A DNA stretch of 61,217 bases from a virus (lineage: Duplodnaviria > Caudoviricetes), in IMG/VR virus record IMGVR_UViG_3300035128_000109, positions 1 through 61,217 of that record; one strand, 5' to 3'. Both the position numbers and the translations under genes were made by a program. Under the pieces are notes generated by a model. That model saw nothing but the letters and a program-made list of their open reading frames with translations, was not told the origin of the DNA and ran no database searches. Each line of letters begins with the position of its first letter. Positions within the stretch are counted from its first letter, which is position 1. This document shows, piece after piece, positions 37,765 through 48,322 of this stretch.

Positions 37765-38217
37765 GTTGTCGGCCTGTTCTCGTTCCCGTCGAGTAATCTG
37801 GGTTTCATACAGCTGGTTCAAACCATCTAACCAGCTAAACTCGTGCCCGAGTTCCTTGGCCGTCTCGACCCAAAAGGCAATATCCGCCTGGGGCATGGCC
37901 AGGAACTGCTCGTAAGTCGGCACCTCGCCCTCAGAGCACACCTTCAAGGGAGCCCAGACCTCCGTGATCATGTTCCTGCGAACCATTCCCTCGTATTCTT
38001 TGGGGATTTCCCCTAGTTCTTTCAAGGTCTCAGTTACTAAAGAACTCAATTTGAAGCGGGAAAAGCCGTCCGCCTCGACTACCGTCACCTTGAACTTGCG
38101 AAGTTGAATCTCGACCGTGACCAGACCAGTGTCCGTTTCACCAACGGAGAGTCGTTGCGGTTTTGGGAGCACGGTCGTAGACGTAGAAGTATTTGAACCG
38201 TTATTTTTGCTAGTCAT
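37720..38217 (-). CDS. Tail assembly chaperone
   Basis: Lies between major tail and tape measure genes; ends in a KKKGKK slippery region. Confidence 0.75.
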   Translation of the reverse strand: MTSKNNGSNTSTSTTVLPKPQRLSVGETDTGLVTVEIQLRKFKVTVVEADGFSRFKLSSLVTETLKELGEIPKEYEGMVRRNMITEVWAPLKVCSEGEVPTYEQFLAMPQADIAFWVETAKELGHEFSWLDGLNQLYETQITRREREQADNKKKGKKPKESIKDS

Positions 38218-38238
38218 GCTAGTCTCCTGAAATTGGGT

Positions 38239-39126
38239 TTACGAATCGGCAATTTGATAGAGCACCAGGATTTCGACGCCGGCTCCATAGGTCGTGACTG
38301 GAGCAGTATCAAACGTGATTGCGGCAGTCGTGGCCGTGTAATCGCCAGCGTCCACAACGACCGGAGTGCCGGTCCCCAGCACAGCCACCACCTCGACATT
38401 GGTCGCGTCGGCGGCCTGCTTGTCAGCGGGGAATGAAAACGCCACTTGGTCGGCCTGGGCAGAGAAGGCCGCTATCCTGGGACGATAAGCGCAGAACCCA
38501 GACCAAATGCCGGCGTTGTCCGCACCCGACTCAGATACGCCTGAGAACGGATCTGACGGATCGGACAGAACAGATAGGTCACCGCCCCACAGGTATTTGT
38601 CAACCGGATCCGGGGCCAGGTCGAAAATCAGATCCACAGGCTCCTGGGCGGCCCCAGGCTCGCGCACGATGGCCTTGGTGTTGGGGATCATGTGGAATCG
38701 CCAACGTTGGGAGCCACTTTGGGCAATAGCGGCCTGGTACATGATCATGCCTACATTCGGCTCCGCGCCTTGCAGGTCAGACATGTGCGGCAATATGCGC
38801 ATCCCGGCCTTGTTGACTATTGTCGCGCCGGTCAGGGCTGCGATAATCTCCAGATTCGTAGCCCCTACGGAAATCTCGCCGGTAGCCGGCTCGATGGGCG
38901 GGAACACCTGTTGTTTCAACAGACGGTCATTGCCGATATGGGCAATACGACGCGCCGGCGGAATGGTCAGGTTGTAGGTCTTGAAGCCGTACAACTCAAG
39001 CCCAGTATAAGCCGCGCCGGCCCCATCGGCCTTGGAGCCATCAGGACGGTTGTTGGCATTGAGCTCGTAGATGATTACTTGCTTCGAGCCAGAAAACACA
39101 TAAGGTTCAACAGTGATATCGGTCAT
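38239..39126 (-). CDS. Major tail protein
   Basis: Size, composition and position upstream of the chaperone. Confidence 0.7.
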   Translation of the reverse strand: MTDITVEPYVFSGSKQVIIYELNANNRPDGSKADGAGAAYTGLELYGFKTYNLTIPPARRIAHIGNDRLLKQQVFPPIEPATGEISVGATNLEIIAALTGATIVNKAGMRILPHMSDLQGAEPNVGMIMYQAAIAQSGSQRWRFHMIPNTKAIVREPGAAQEPVDLIFDLAPDPVDKYLWGGDLSVLSDPSDPFSGVSESGADNAGIWSGFCAYRPRIAAFSAQADQVAFSFPADKQAADATNVEVVAVLGTGTPVVVDAGDYTATTAAITFDTAPVTTYGAGVEILVLYQIADS

Positions 39127-39129
39127 AGG

Positions 39130-39444
39130 TTACTCCTTGTAACTAGGCACTTGGTATTTGAACGGTTTCGCAGTCCTTCGGACTTGCAGAATCGCATCAA
39201 TGATCTCGTCCTTGACCTGTGGTTTCGGAGAGGGAACATCCTCCCACTCTGGGAGTCCCTTCAACTGCGGGACGGTCATGGAGTCCAGCAAGCCGGCCTC
39301 CTGGGCCAGATGGTCATGGCCGGAGGCGCGATACACGATCCGGTCTCCACAACGAGCAATAACCATATCGGGCCGTTCTGGATCAGTCTCTATAGGCAGA
39401 AGGTGGGAATGCCAACGCACAGGACAATTCACATTTTTAGGCAT
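39130..39444 (-). CDS. Hypothetical protein with Rho-N/HeH-like C-terminal motif
   Basis: L..MTV.QLK.LPEW....P.P..KDEI..AIL motif shared with 40855-41160. Confidence 0.6.
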   Translation of the reverse strand: MPKNVNCPVRWHSHLLPIETDPERPDMVIARCGDRIVYRASGHDHLAQEAGLLDSMTVPQLKGLPEWEDVPSPKPQVKDEIIDAILQVRRTAKPFKYQVPSYKE

Positions 39445-39938
39445 TACAACCCTACTCTCGGCACGATCTGCGTAACGGTCACGAGGCAGACCTGCCGGAT
39501 ATGAGAATAAACAACCATGCCTTCCTCTGTGCCGCGCACCGGGATATAGTTGGGCCGGTCCTCAGAACTCAGAATCGCATCACGCACGTAGTTGGTCTTA
39601 TTTAGATTTCGGCCTTTTTGGGTGTGATTTAGCAGATATATCACATCGCCACGATAGGCCTTGAAGCCGTTCTCGTTCCAGGCCTTTGACTCGGATGTTT
39701 TCCAGCGAGTCATCAGATCCAGAAGGATCTCCCAGGAATACTCGATGAAACCAGAAGTCTCTTCGGTCTGGGGAAAGGCACCGGGGTAGGTGATCGCAAA
39801 GTAGTCGTAGCCGGCATCCAGGAACGAATCGTCGGAGGCCGTCACCTGTTTGGTAGAGTCCGTCCAATACGAAGATAGCTCCGTCCGCAGCAGGTTGATC
39901 AATCCGGTCTCGCATAATTTCCAGTAATCAGTAGCCAT
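39444..39938 (-). CDS. Tail completion/terminator-like protein
   Basis: Synteny in the neck module. Confidence 0.55.
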   Translation of the reverse strand: MATDYWKLCETGLINLLRTELSSYWTDSTKQVTASDDSFLDAGYDYFAITYPGAFPQTEETSGFIEYSWEILLDLMTRWKTSESKAWNENGFKAYRGDVIYLLNHTQKGRNLNKTNYVRDAILSSEDRPNYIPVRGTEEGMVVYSHIRQVCLVTVTQIVPRVGL

Positions 39939-40429
39939 TAGTCTTTGACTCCGAAACCTTCCTGACGGGCTATCTCTTTCAGCACCCGCTTGACGGTCTT
40001 AGGTAGTTTCTTGATGACTCTATCTTTCACGACCTTGAACAGATTCCAGCGGCCTTTGTGAATGCGGGACTGCCGGCGGGTAGAACGCGCCGTGCTGCCG
40101 ATGTACTTGGAGTGCGACAGCGGATTGCCGACATCGTACCCGTCCTCGCGTCTGATCACCTGCCAGGCCTTCAAATAGTCACCAGTGCGCCTGGTGGGGA
40201 TTCCACGACCGAAGCCGTCCGAGGCGAAAAATGCCTTGCGCTGTCTGACCGTATCCCACTGGATCGGGTAAACGGGAGGCCGGCCCGGCTCTTTCATTTT
40301 CTTTCGGATCGCAACCGCAGCATCGAACAGGCGCTGACGGCTGACCAGCGGAATCTTCTTCCGCAGTCGCTCGAACCGCCTGGCAACGATGGAAGCCGGC
40401 GGAATGATCTTGATACTCAGGAACGGCAT
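39938..40429 (-). CDS. Neck protein (HK97 gp10-like)
   Basis: Basic protein with RRTGDY..AW and VGN...SKY motifs. Confidence 0.6.
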   Translation of the reverse strand: MPFLSIKIIPPASIVARRFERLRKKIPLVSRQRLFDAAVAIRKKMKEPGRPPVYPIQWDTVRQRKAFFASDGFGRGIPTRRTGDYLKAWQVIRREDGYDVGNPLSHSKYIGSTARSTRRQSRIHKGRWNLFKVVKDRVIKKLPKTVKRVLKEIARQEGFGVKD

Positions 40430-40438
40430 GGTAAGGTA

Positions 40439-40855
40439 CTAAAGCAAGTCAAAACTTGCCACTTTTCGACCAGTATCCGCCTTGGGGACTCCCTGGTTCT
40501 CAAAACCAACAGACTTGCGTTGGACCCAGGCATGAACCTCTTTGTCGATGGTGATGAATGGGCTAAGTCCACGAGTCAGGATATTCTCAGAGAAAAACCG
40601 ACCAGTGCGATGACTTGCATCTACCAGGTCACTCACGATCCCCTCGACCAACAGGTCGAGTTCTTTGACCACCGCAGCAACCGTGACTGGAACCGTGAAG
40701 CCTTCATCAGCCAGCGCCGTATCTACCAGTGCACTGACATGATCCAGCCAGTCGGTCACCTGGGCAGAAGTCGGGGTCGTGGAGGCCGTGAAGCTCCCAC
40801 TGTCCGACCAGAGGGCGTTCATTGCGCCCACGCCGGCGACCGTCCCGTAGGCCAT
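40439..40855 (-). CDS. Head-tail adaptor
   Basis: MAYGT... start and position after the capsid genes. Confidence 0.6.
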   Translation of the reverse strand: MAYGTVAGVGAMNALWSDSGSFTASTTPTSAQVTDWLDHVSALVDTALADEGFTVPVTVAAVVKELDLLVEGIVSDLVDASHRTGRFFSENILTRGLSPFITIDKEVHAWVQRKSVGFENQGVPKADTGRKVASFDLL

Positions 40856-41160
40856 TATTTTGCAGCCTTGACTTCGAGGATAGCCTTGACGATCTCATCC
40901 TTCTTGGTTGGCCGGGGAGGTTCAACCTCGTCCCATTCGGGCAGAGACTTCAACTGCTCAACAGTCAGGGTCTCTAAGTGGGCGGCTTTATCGGGCGGGT
41001 CCTCAGGCGGTTTGTTCTTGCCTTTGACCAGGGCCAGGGTGTCGGGAAAACCCTCCGCCTCAGCAGTCGTCAATTCAATGGTGTCACCGGGACCGTACTC
41101 ATCATACGGCCCCCAGCGACGACCAGGTTTTACAGCGTAAGTGTACTTTTTTTCAGGCAT
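40855..41160 (-). CDS. Capsid-adjacent small protein with Rho-N/HeH-like motif
   Basis: PGDTIELT..EA pattern plus the shared C-terminal motif. Confidence 0.6.
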   Translation of the reverse strand: MPEKKYTYAVKPGRRWGPYDEYGPGDTIELTTAEAEGFPDTLALVKGKNKPPEDPPDKAAHLETLTVEQLKSLPEWDEVEPPRPTKKDEIVKAILEVKAAK

Positions 41161-41214
41161 TGCTTATCTCCTTATACCCCGTGGGGTACGTAAGTCAAAC
41201 CTTGCGTTTAAGAA

Positions 41215-42204
41215 TCAACACCCCGTCGCATGTAATACGCCACAATTGCTGTTGGCGTCGTATTTGATGCGGGGTACCTGTGCGGTCATGATCCTAAAGT
41301 CTGTGATCATGCCCCCCATCTCGGTCCACTGGATTGGGGCCATGCTCATGCCTATAGCCAGGTCGACTACGTTCGAGGTCATCTGGACCATGACCATGTG
41401 GCCGGCGGTCAACTCGTAGGACGGCTTTACATCGATGACTTCTGGGATGTTCTTCTTGACCGTCGAAATTTCACTGTTAGCGTTTGTCGGATCGATCAGG
41501 TTGAGAGTCTCTCCGTATTGGGTCGAGGCCAGATAGATCATGAACGGGCCCTTGAAGCCTTTGGCTCGCAGAGCCGTGAGAGCACCCGTCACCGCTTTGT
41601 ATAAGTTGCCGGCGGTTCCAAAATCTCCCGAACCAAGAGCAGCCGCAGTCGTTTGGATACGATTGGTGGCTGTGGTGTAACCCTGGATGGTATAGCCGGC
41701 CAATTGCTTAGCATGGCCAGAGAAAAGCATGGTCTCCAACGATTCGGTTACCACTCGGGTAGCCGCAGCAATGTGGTCGGTTTCCAACGGGTCACCGCTC
41801 TGGCGAGCGGATTCCAGATCACGGAGATCAAAGGAGAATTCCTTATAGATCACAGGAACCGGAATATTGACCTGCGTATATTCCACGCGATCACGTTCGC
41901 CCTGCACGTCCACAGACATCGTGACGTTGGCGGCTGTCATTTCACCGACCTGTTCGTAGGCGCTGACCTTGGACCCGAGTCCGCCCAATGTCTTGGTCAG
42001 ACCACGGCTCATCAGGTCGGCCACGCCATTGAGCTCAACTTTGGCGGTCTGAAGGACCACGTTGTCGAGTTCGAGCCATTCATCCTTCTGGAGTAGGGCG
42101 TTCTGGTGTAGACCCACATGAGGCCGGATTTTATGCTGCACGGCAGCCACGCCGCCACGGCCAAACAGGGTCATGATGTCACTTGATTTTGCTTTGAAAG
42201 TCAT
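41215..42204 (-). CDS. Major capsid protein (linocin/encapsulin-like HK97 fold)
   Basis: EWLELD..V, GVADL..RGL, PVIYKEF...RDLE..R and PRIK.D motifs. Confidence 0.85.
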   Translation of the reverse strand: MTFKAKSSDIMTLFGRGGVAAVQHKIRPHVGLHQNALLQKDEWLELDNVVLQTAKVELNGVADLMSRGLTKTLGGLGSKVSAYEQVGEMTAANVTMSVDVQGERDRVEYTQVNIPVPVIYKEFSFDLRDLESARQSGDPLETDHIAAATRVVTESLETMLFSGHAKQLAGYTIQGYTTATNRIQTTAAALGSGDFGTAGNLYKAVTGALTALRAKGFKGPFMIYLASTQYGETLNLIDPTNANSEISTVKKNIPEVIDVKPSYELTAGHMVMVQMTSNVVDLAIGMSMAPIQWTEMGGMITDFRIMTAQVPRIKYDANSNCGVLHATGC

Positions 42205-42698
42205 TAGATTACCCTCACTCTCACGCGAGCCGCGCTTGTGCCGGCGGAATTATCCACGGCCTCGGTAGCACGACCAACGATCTTCTCGGGTTTTTGAGCA
42301 GCAGCCGCGTAAGGCATCAGGTAGCCGTCGGAGGCGCTTTGTACCAGGCCTTCGGCAGCCACGCTCTGGCCGGCCCCTAACAGAGCGTACACAATGTCGC
42401 CGGGTCTCGGGAACCATACCTTGACTGCGGCGTTATCATCGTCGTAATCGGTGTCGATATCCCCCAAGGTCTTGGAGTTGGCATCCTCGTTCAAGCCCTC
42501 GATTGCGAACATACGTTCAGCGTCACCACCCTGGGTGGAGTGCGGGCGAACCTCGCCGGCTACGGTCTCGACCAACATACCGGGGGTGATCGCAGTCACA
42601 CCCGAGGCGCTGATGGGAGCCAGCGGGAACTCTTCCTTGCGAGGAGTCCCAGCGCACTTCAGAATGATTGTGCTGGGGTTAGTTTTTGCCATCATCAC
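42204..42698 (-). CDS. Head decoration/cement protein
   Basis: ITPGMLVE...GDIVYALL..G pattern; upstream of the major capsid gene. Confidence 0.7.
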   Translation of the reverse strand: MMMAKTNPSTIILKCAGTPRKEEFPLAPISASGVTAITPGMLVETVAGEVRPHSTQGGDAERMFAIEGLNEDANSKTLGDIDTDYDDDNAAVKVWFPRPGDIVYALLGAGQSVAAEGLVQSASDGYLMPYAAAAQKPEKIVGRATEAVDNSAGTSAARVRVRVI

Positions 42699-43315
42699 TA
42701 ATCCTCCTTCTTGTTGGTGAACAATGCGGAGACATCGGGTAGAGGCGCGATATCGTCTTTATTCGTTTTGGCGGTCTGGGAATTCAGGACACTATAGTCC
42801 ACCGTCACATCATGGCCGCCGTAAGCGCGCGCCATCTTTTTCAAGGTCGGCACGGGTACGTTCTCCAAGTCGGCCTCTTCGAACTGGCCGGCGGAATTGG
42901 CCACAATCTGACTGACCAGGGTGTCACGGTCTGCGTTCTGTCGGGCCTGGAAGTCCTCTACAGCCTCGACTGCATTCAATAGCAGCCCTTTGTAGGCATC
43001 GAACCCGCCGATCTCATCGATCAACGAATTGAGCTTAAAAAGGTTTTGGATATCAGGTTGACTCGCGCCGCGAGTCTGAGCCTGGCGAGCGTTCTGCCTG
43101 GTTTTGGGTGCCGGCTTGACTTCGGGCTCATCGCCCTCAGACGAATTGTCCTTCATCTTGCCGTGCTTTTCTTTCCAGGCCATCTGCTCTTCCTCGCTCA
43201 TCTCGTCCCAATTGTCAGGGTAGTCCATCTCATTGGTAGAGAGCTCCTCAATGGCATCCGCGTTTACATGGAAGCCAAAAAGTTTGGCGAGTTTTTGGAA
43301 GGTTGTTTTTTCCAT
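42698..43315 (-). CDS. Putative scaffolding protein
   Basis: Acidic and helical; lies between DUF2213 and decoration genes. Confidence 0.55.
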   Translation of the reverse strand: MEKTTFQKLAKLFGFHVNADAIEELSTNEMDYPDNWDEMSEEEQMAWKEKHGKMKDNSSEGDEPEVKPAPKTRQNARQAQTRGASQPDIQNLFKLNSLIDEIGGFDAYKGLLLNAVEAVEDFQARQNADRDTLVSQIVANSAGQFEEADLENVPVPTLKKMARAYGGHDVTVDYSVLNSQTAKTNKDDIAPLPDVSALFTNKKED

Positions 43316-43326
43316 CTATCTCTCCT

Positions 43327-44817
43327 TTAACTAGCAGATTCCAATAACAATAGTGCAACAGCAAGACCTTCCAGGTCCTGCTGGTTTTGCTTAGTTGATT
43401 TTTTATGCCACTTGCCGTCTTTATCTTTTTCCCAGCCGGCCTTGCGAACCGCGCCCCATGCGATCTGGGCGGCTCTCTCTTCCCCTTTATCCTTGTTTTC
43501 CTCGTATACAGACTCCCAGAGCGTTTTCCCCTCAGCCGGCAGGGAACCGGTCACGTTCTGGGCCATCTTCTCGATATAGCGCTCTTCTTTGATGACAGGC
43601 ACCCACTCAGACTCATCATCGAAAAAGACCTTCCCGTTTGACTCGTTGTAGGTGTAGCCGACTTTGAATAATTCCGCCCCTTTGCGAGCGATCACATAGG
43701 TATCTTTGGTCCCCTCGATCCAATAATTCGAAACAGGTACATCGGTTTCAGACCCGAGTTCACTGGCGCGTTTATCCCGCAGGCGCATGGTTTCATCAAA
43801 AGCCATTTGGATATCGCTCATGCGTTTCTCATAGGTTCCATCAACCGCATTCTGGTACATCTCATCAGAAAAAATTATTTTCATTACGTTCTCTTTATAA
43901 GAACTTTCTATCTTTTCAATCGGAACCAATAGCTGAAAAGACTGCGGACCTATGTGTTCCAATTCGGCTAAACCACCCTTGGCAATACGCCTTTTGAGCT
44001 TCCCTTCTAGCCTTCTCAAGATTGTTGGGCTGGTAGTTTTTACTATATATCTATAGTGTGTGTCAGTTTTTGTACCTAGAGAAACATCAACACCATGATC
44101 CTCATATGAATTTATTGTTTTTTCGAGATCGCTCAAAAAACGTTTTGACGAGTCAACAGAACCTATTTTTTTCGATGAGCTTCCACCAACCTTCCCAGGC
44201 CGGCCAGAATGTCCGAAATTACCCGATCCTTCTCCTCCATTCCAAACCATCTGGTTATTCCTGTTCATCCCGCACCCATCCGCCAAGGAGCAAGCCCCGG
44301 CCTCCTGGGTAAGCAGAGCAATATGATCTGGATGTATTTTCTGGTCTACATAACTATATTTTCGCCCCTTGAAGTTTCCCGATCTCGGGACAGACTCCGA
44401 CCAGTACCCCGTCGAGGTCTCGACCTCCTGCTTGTTATCAATACGCTCCAAAACCAGGCCGGCATCCTGATTGCCGTCGTTATCTCTCAACGATTCAAGC
44501 AGGGCCTTGTCCAACCAGTATTCTCCAACCAGACGATTCCCGTCCATTTTGGCGTTATAGAACCGACCGACAACAGGAACATCGGGATCCGGGACACGGG
44601 CGGAACCACCATTCCTCTTCGGGTGGGGTAGCACCACCGGAATGTCGTTCCAATCGTTCACAAACGATCCGAATTCATCCGCCGGCACAAAACGCCCATT
44701 CAATACCCCTTCGACCAGGGGAACTCCGTTCACGACAAGCCATTGCTTGCCGGCGCGTTCCACCGTTCGGAAGGTATCAAACAGGCGATTTGAGGCAAAA
44801 GTTAGGGATGTATCCAT
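43327..44817 (-). CDS. DUF2213-like head maturation protein with C-terminal ChaB-like domain
   Basis: EGVLNG, HP, STGY and PDHIALL..E.GACS..DGCG motifs; C-terminal LP..G..LW..VY...A.QIAWGAV...WEK..DGKW. Confidence 0.8.
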   Translation of the reverse strand: MDTSLTFASNRLFDTFRTVERAGKQWLVVNGVPLVEGVLNGRFVPADEFGSFVNDWNDIPVVLPHPKRNGGSARVPDPDVPVVGRFYNAKMDGNRLVGEYWLDKALLESLRDNDGNQDAGLVLERIDNKQEVETSTGYWSESVPRSGNFKGRKYSYVDQKIHPDHIALLTQEAGACSLADGCGMNRNNQMVWNGGEGSGNFGHSGRPGKVGGSSSKKIGSVDSSKRFLSDLEKTINSYEDHGVDVSLGTKTDTHYRYIVKTTSPTILRRLEGKLKRRIAKGGLAELEHIGPQSFQLLVPIEKIESSYKENVMKIIFSDEMYQNAVDGTYEKRMSDIQMAFDETMRLRDKRASELGSETDVPVSNYWIEGTKDTYVIARKGAELFKVGYTYNESNGKVFFDDESEWVPVIKEERYIEKMAQNVTGSLPAEGKTLWESVYEENKDKGEERAAQIAWGAVRKAGWEKDKDGKWHKKSTKQNQQDLEGLAVALLLLESAS

Positions 44818-44932
44818 AAAAAATAGCGCGACTCCGGGTTTTTAATCCGAAGTCACGCTTCTGTATCAGTATCTTAACACAAACGTGTGTAAACTGTCAA
44901 TCTAGGACAGGGGTACTAAACTCCAAAAACCA

Positions 44933-44961
44933 TTGACGTATAGGGGTTTGTGTGTTATATT
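44933..44961 (+). promoter_or_regulatory. Sigma70-type promoter of an AT-rich insert
   Basis: TTGACG-N17-TATATT. Confidence 0.6.
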
Positions 44962-45060
44962 GAGCATATCATCCAATCTAGGAGAGATTATACACTGTCC
45001 AAAAATCGGGACCCATGCACGTCCTTTGAGTTTCTTTTATGCAAACAGAAAGAGTTTGAC

Positions 45061-45354
45061 ATGATAAAAGAATCGGAAAATATAAGCGGGGAAAGTATTT
45101 ATATAGAGAATTTAATCTCTTTTGTTGATTCAAATGAATTATCATTTGACATTTTAGAATCCTTAATTGAAATTGTTGACGGCTATGAATATCATGAATT
45201 CTATTTTCGTGGAAAGTGGATTATAAATTATTGTCCAATTTGTGAAGGGGAAAAAGAATCTACATTTACCGAAGTCCCTGGACATTTAGAAAATTGTCCT
45301 GTTGAAAAGCTCATGAAAACACTACAAAGGAAACTGGAAAATGAAAAAAAATAA
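45061..45354 (+). CDS. AT-rich hypothetical protein
   Basis: YCPIC...H..NCP motif; start uncertain (ORF track starts it at 44950). Confidence 0.55.
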   Translation: MIKESENISGESIYIENLISFVDSNELSFDILESLIEIVDGYEYHEFYFRGKWIINYCPICEGEKESTFTEVPGHLENCPVEKLMKTLQRKLENEKK

Positions 45355-45580
45355 TAGTTTTGACCAAATCATAGACCACTTGGTTAGTCGCTATGGTGTT
45401 CCAAAAAAATTTCCACTAGGACAAGCTAATAATTTACAACTTCACAATAGAACAAGAATTATTTTAGGAAAAAGATTTGCAAAAGTCTATTTTTTTTCAG
45501 TTATTTGGATAATAAGGTGCTTTGCAATAATAATCTCGCATAAAATTAAGCACCTCCTAATAAAGCATGTACGCGGATAG
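45341..45580 (+). CDS. AT-rich hypothetical protein ending in an attC relic
   Basis: Coupled to the previous ORF. Confidence 0.45.
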   Translation: MKKNNSFDQIIDHLVSRYGVPKKFPLGQANNLQLHNRTRIILGKRFAKVYFFSVIWIIRCFAIIISHKIKHLLIKHVRG

Positions 45581-45699
45581 CGGGAGAGTCCCAAAAAGTA
45601 TGCACGTCAACCGCTCCGGCCACTACTGCTAGATTAAATAACCCTGGCAATGGAAATCAACCGTCATAATCCAGCCACTGGTAACGCAGGCTGTTCGGC
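45555..45699 (+). other. attC: Degenerate solo attC site
   Basis: TCCTAAT-AAAGC-ATGTACGC-GGATAGCGG...CTGGCAATG...CCGTCATAATCC...GTAACGCAGGCT-GTTCGGC; shares blocks with attC 119-245. Confidence 0.65.
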
Positions 45700-45705
45700 G
45701 ACAAC

Positions 45706-45739
45706 AAAAAATCTCCCGCTGATAACTGGGAGATTTTTT
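45706..45739. terminator. Bidirectional terminator
   Basis: AAAAAATCTCCC/GGGAGATTTTTT hairpin between convergent genes. Confidence 0.8.
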
Positions 45740-45752
45740 GTTACGGAAGCCT

Positions 45753-48321
45753 TTATTCCCGCGGGCACGTCACGCGGTAATGCAGATAGTTCTCCGTCTC
45801 GTACTCCAGGAACCAATCGCAAACGGGAGCCGGATCGGTTGACACAAGAGTGGGGGTAATGCTTGGCGTCGCCGGCGGCGGAGCCGGCGTCATAGTCCCC
45901 GTGTTCGTGGGTGTGGCGGTTGGCGGAGGCACGGTTGTAGAAGTAGAAGTCGGGGTAAGGATCGGAGGCGTTGGGGTGGAAGTATCTGGAGCCGGCACGG
46001 TAGCCGTCGGAGTTAGCGGCGGAGCCTGTCCACCGTACTCATAAGCGCCGATATCCCAACCGTTCCCTTGTGGCCGCAAGAAACCATCCTTATCTACGTT
46101 ATACGGCTCACCCAGGATCACGCCGGCGTCAATGGCCTCAGACCCAAGGAGTAAGTGCAGGTCGAAGGAATTGTAATTAGCATTTACGAAGCCGGGATTA
46201 CTGGATGTAAACAAATTGTCTGACACGTCACTTCCCGATCCAGCATGATAATAATTAGCATTGTTCAACCGATAGAACAAATTGTTTTTAGCTACTAAGC
46301 GTCCATCCCCACCCATGATCTTTCCATAGCCTATGAATGTGTTTCCGTAAACGATGCCGAGATAATCACCACCGCTGGACTGTTTCAGGCGTATTGCCCA
46401 ATCCAAAGCCTGTGGAGCATCCCTATAGAACACATTGTTGACAAAGCGATGTTCGCCACGACCTGCTTCGGTAAACAGCATTTGCGTGCCAAGAGTCTTG
46501 TCGCTCTTTTGCACCACAATATTGTTTGAGTAGGTAATATCATCCACCCAAAAGGCCTGGATATTGTCAGAATGCACATCCTCGCGCCCGGTGTAGTTGT
46601 TGTCCAGGATAATGTAGTTGTTATCTGCCGTAAAATCTTTTAGATGTTGCACGTAGATTCCATCAGCCTGACCGGTGTAGTTGTCATCATCATCCAGGTA
46701 CGAATTCTTTACCACAAGCCCAAAGTTGCCGGCATCATTCCCGTTCCCCTCGAGAAAAATCCCGGCCCGGTGGAAGTCAAGTACACGAACGTTGTCTATT
46801 GTAATGTTGTGCATCCCTCCGGACTGCTCACCGGTTCCATAAATGCCATAACTCGAAAAGCGTCTCACAGTCAGGTTAGAAATCGTAATGTTTTCACATA
46901 CGGCATTGCTGGATCCACGACAGGTTATCTTGATTCCGCGTGAGTTTTTGAACTCGCCGTCTATCACAACCTCACCGCCGCGCCCCTTTGTTATGGTCAA
47001 GTCATCAATACCAACAGGTAGGTCGAGCGGTGTGAAATAGGTATCACCGTCCAGGAAGATAGTTGCCGGCGTCTCTACCTGATCCCACTCGATCTGGTCA
47101 AGCTCTTTCCAGGCGCTCTCCCACGACAGCCCATCCCGGTTGCTCCCACCCCGTGAAACATAGTAAATATTCCCCACTGGCATCGTCGGTGGAATCTCTG
47201 CTGGCAAAGAAGGGGTATTGGTTGCAATTACAGGAGTAGACGGGGAGTCGACACCATCAACCCAGGCCGGATAGTTGGGCCGGCCAATCCCAGGATAAAC
47301 TTGGTCGGCAATCAGGCTGCCGCAATCAAGGGAGGGTTCTTCGTCGTACAACTTATCGACCTGTACATCGTTGTAATAAATCTCAAGCCGGCAAGGATCG
47401 TCGTTGAAGTCAATAAAATAGAACTCAGGCGCTCCCAGGCCACGAATCGTGTTGTTGAACACCACGGCCAGGTTGCCATCCATCCCGTCCACCTTCAGGA
47501 AGCTGTTCTTTCGACCATTATCCCCGGATGGGTTTTCGGTCACGGTCTGCTGGTTATCGTAGATGTAAACCTGGTCATTGGTTCCAATTGAGACGGCCCG
47601 GTGAGTCTCCGTGAATTGATTGTCATAAACATGGATATCGAAGCCGTCCCCCTCGAGCTCTACCGGATCATCGATCACGTTCTCGAATTCGTTGCCATGG
47701 ATGAAAATATGGTTGTTGTAATCACCAGGGCTGCCCCGATCATCCGTTACATAAATGGAGTTGAAAACGTCGTGGAACTGGTTATTTCGCACCACATCCC
47801 AGCCCAGGGAGCCGCTGGAAAAGTAGACTCCACCCCCTTCCCAGCGCGTATCTTTGAGAGAGTCCCAGGTCGAGCCGGCGGGGAACTCCTGGTAGAACTC
47901 GTTCCCTTCAATCAGGATATTCTCCGCACCATCCTGGAAGTACAAGCCCCGCGTGATGTAATTGATTTTCAACCCACGGAACACAACATACTCGGAGTAA
48001 GTCACTGCAAAAGTTCCCTCTTCGTCACCCTCGATCGTTCCACCTGTGATGACATAGGGGGAGTCGGGCTGGCCATGCAGGTCATTGACCCGCAAATCAT
48101 GAGCAGAATAAGACCCGCTCTGAATATGGATAGTGTCCCCAGGCTCGGCCAGACCCTGGGCCCGCTCAATGCTGGCGCAAGGCTGGGCCAGGGTGCAAGG
48201 ATTACCGTCGTTTCCGTTTGGGGAAACATAATAGGTAAGCCCGCTCAACACATAGCTGGAAACGACTAATAATATAGCAGCAGTCAGGCCGCCGCCAAGA
48301 AGTAAATTTCGTTTGTTCATT
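45753..48321 (-). CDS. Secreted protein with two right-handed beta-helix domains, choice-of-anchor-Q-like motif and PT-rich tail
   Basis: Signal peptide; two YYVS..G starts; parallel beta-helix repeats; S.AIDAG...D.DG..RP....DIGAYE. Confidence 0.8.
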
Positions 48322-48322
48322 T

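Noticed and set aside
40058-41140. Long plus-strand ORF (360 aa) and similar antisense ORFs
   Set aside because: Antisense shadows of well-supported structural genes, with no recognisable motifs.
45850-46020. Quasi-repetitive DNA
   Set aside because: Explained by the Pro/Thr-rich linker of the beta-helix protein.
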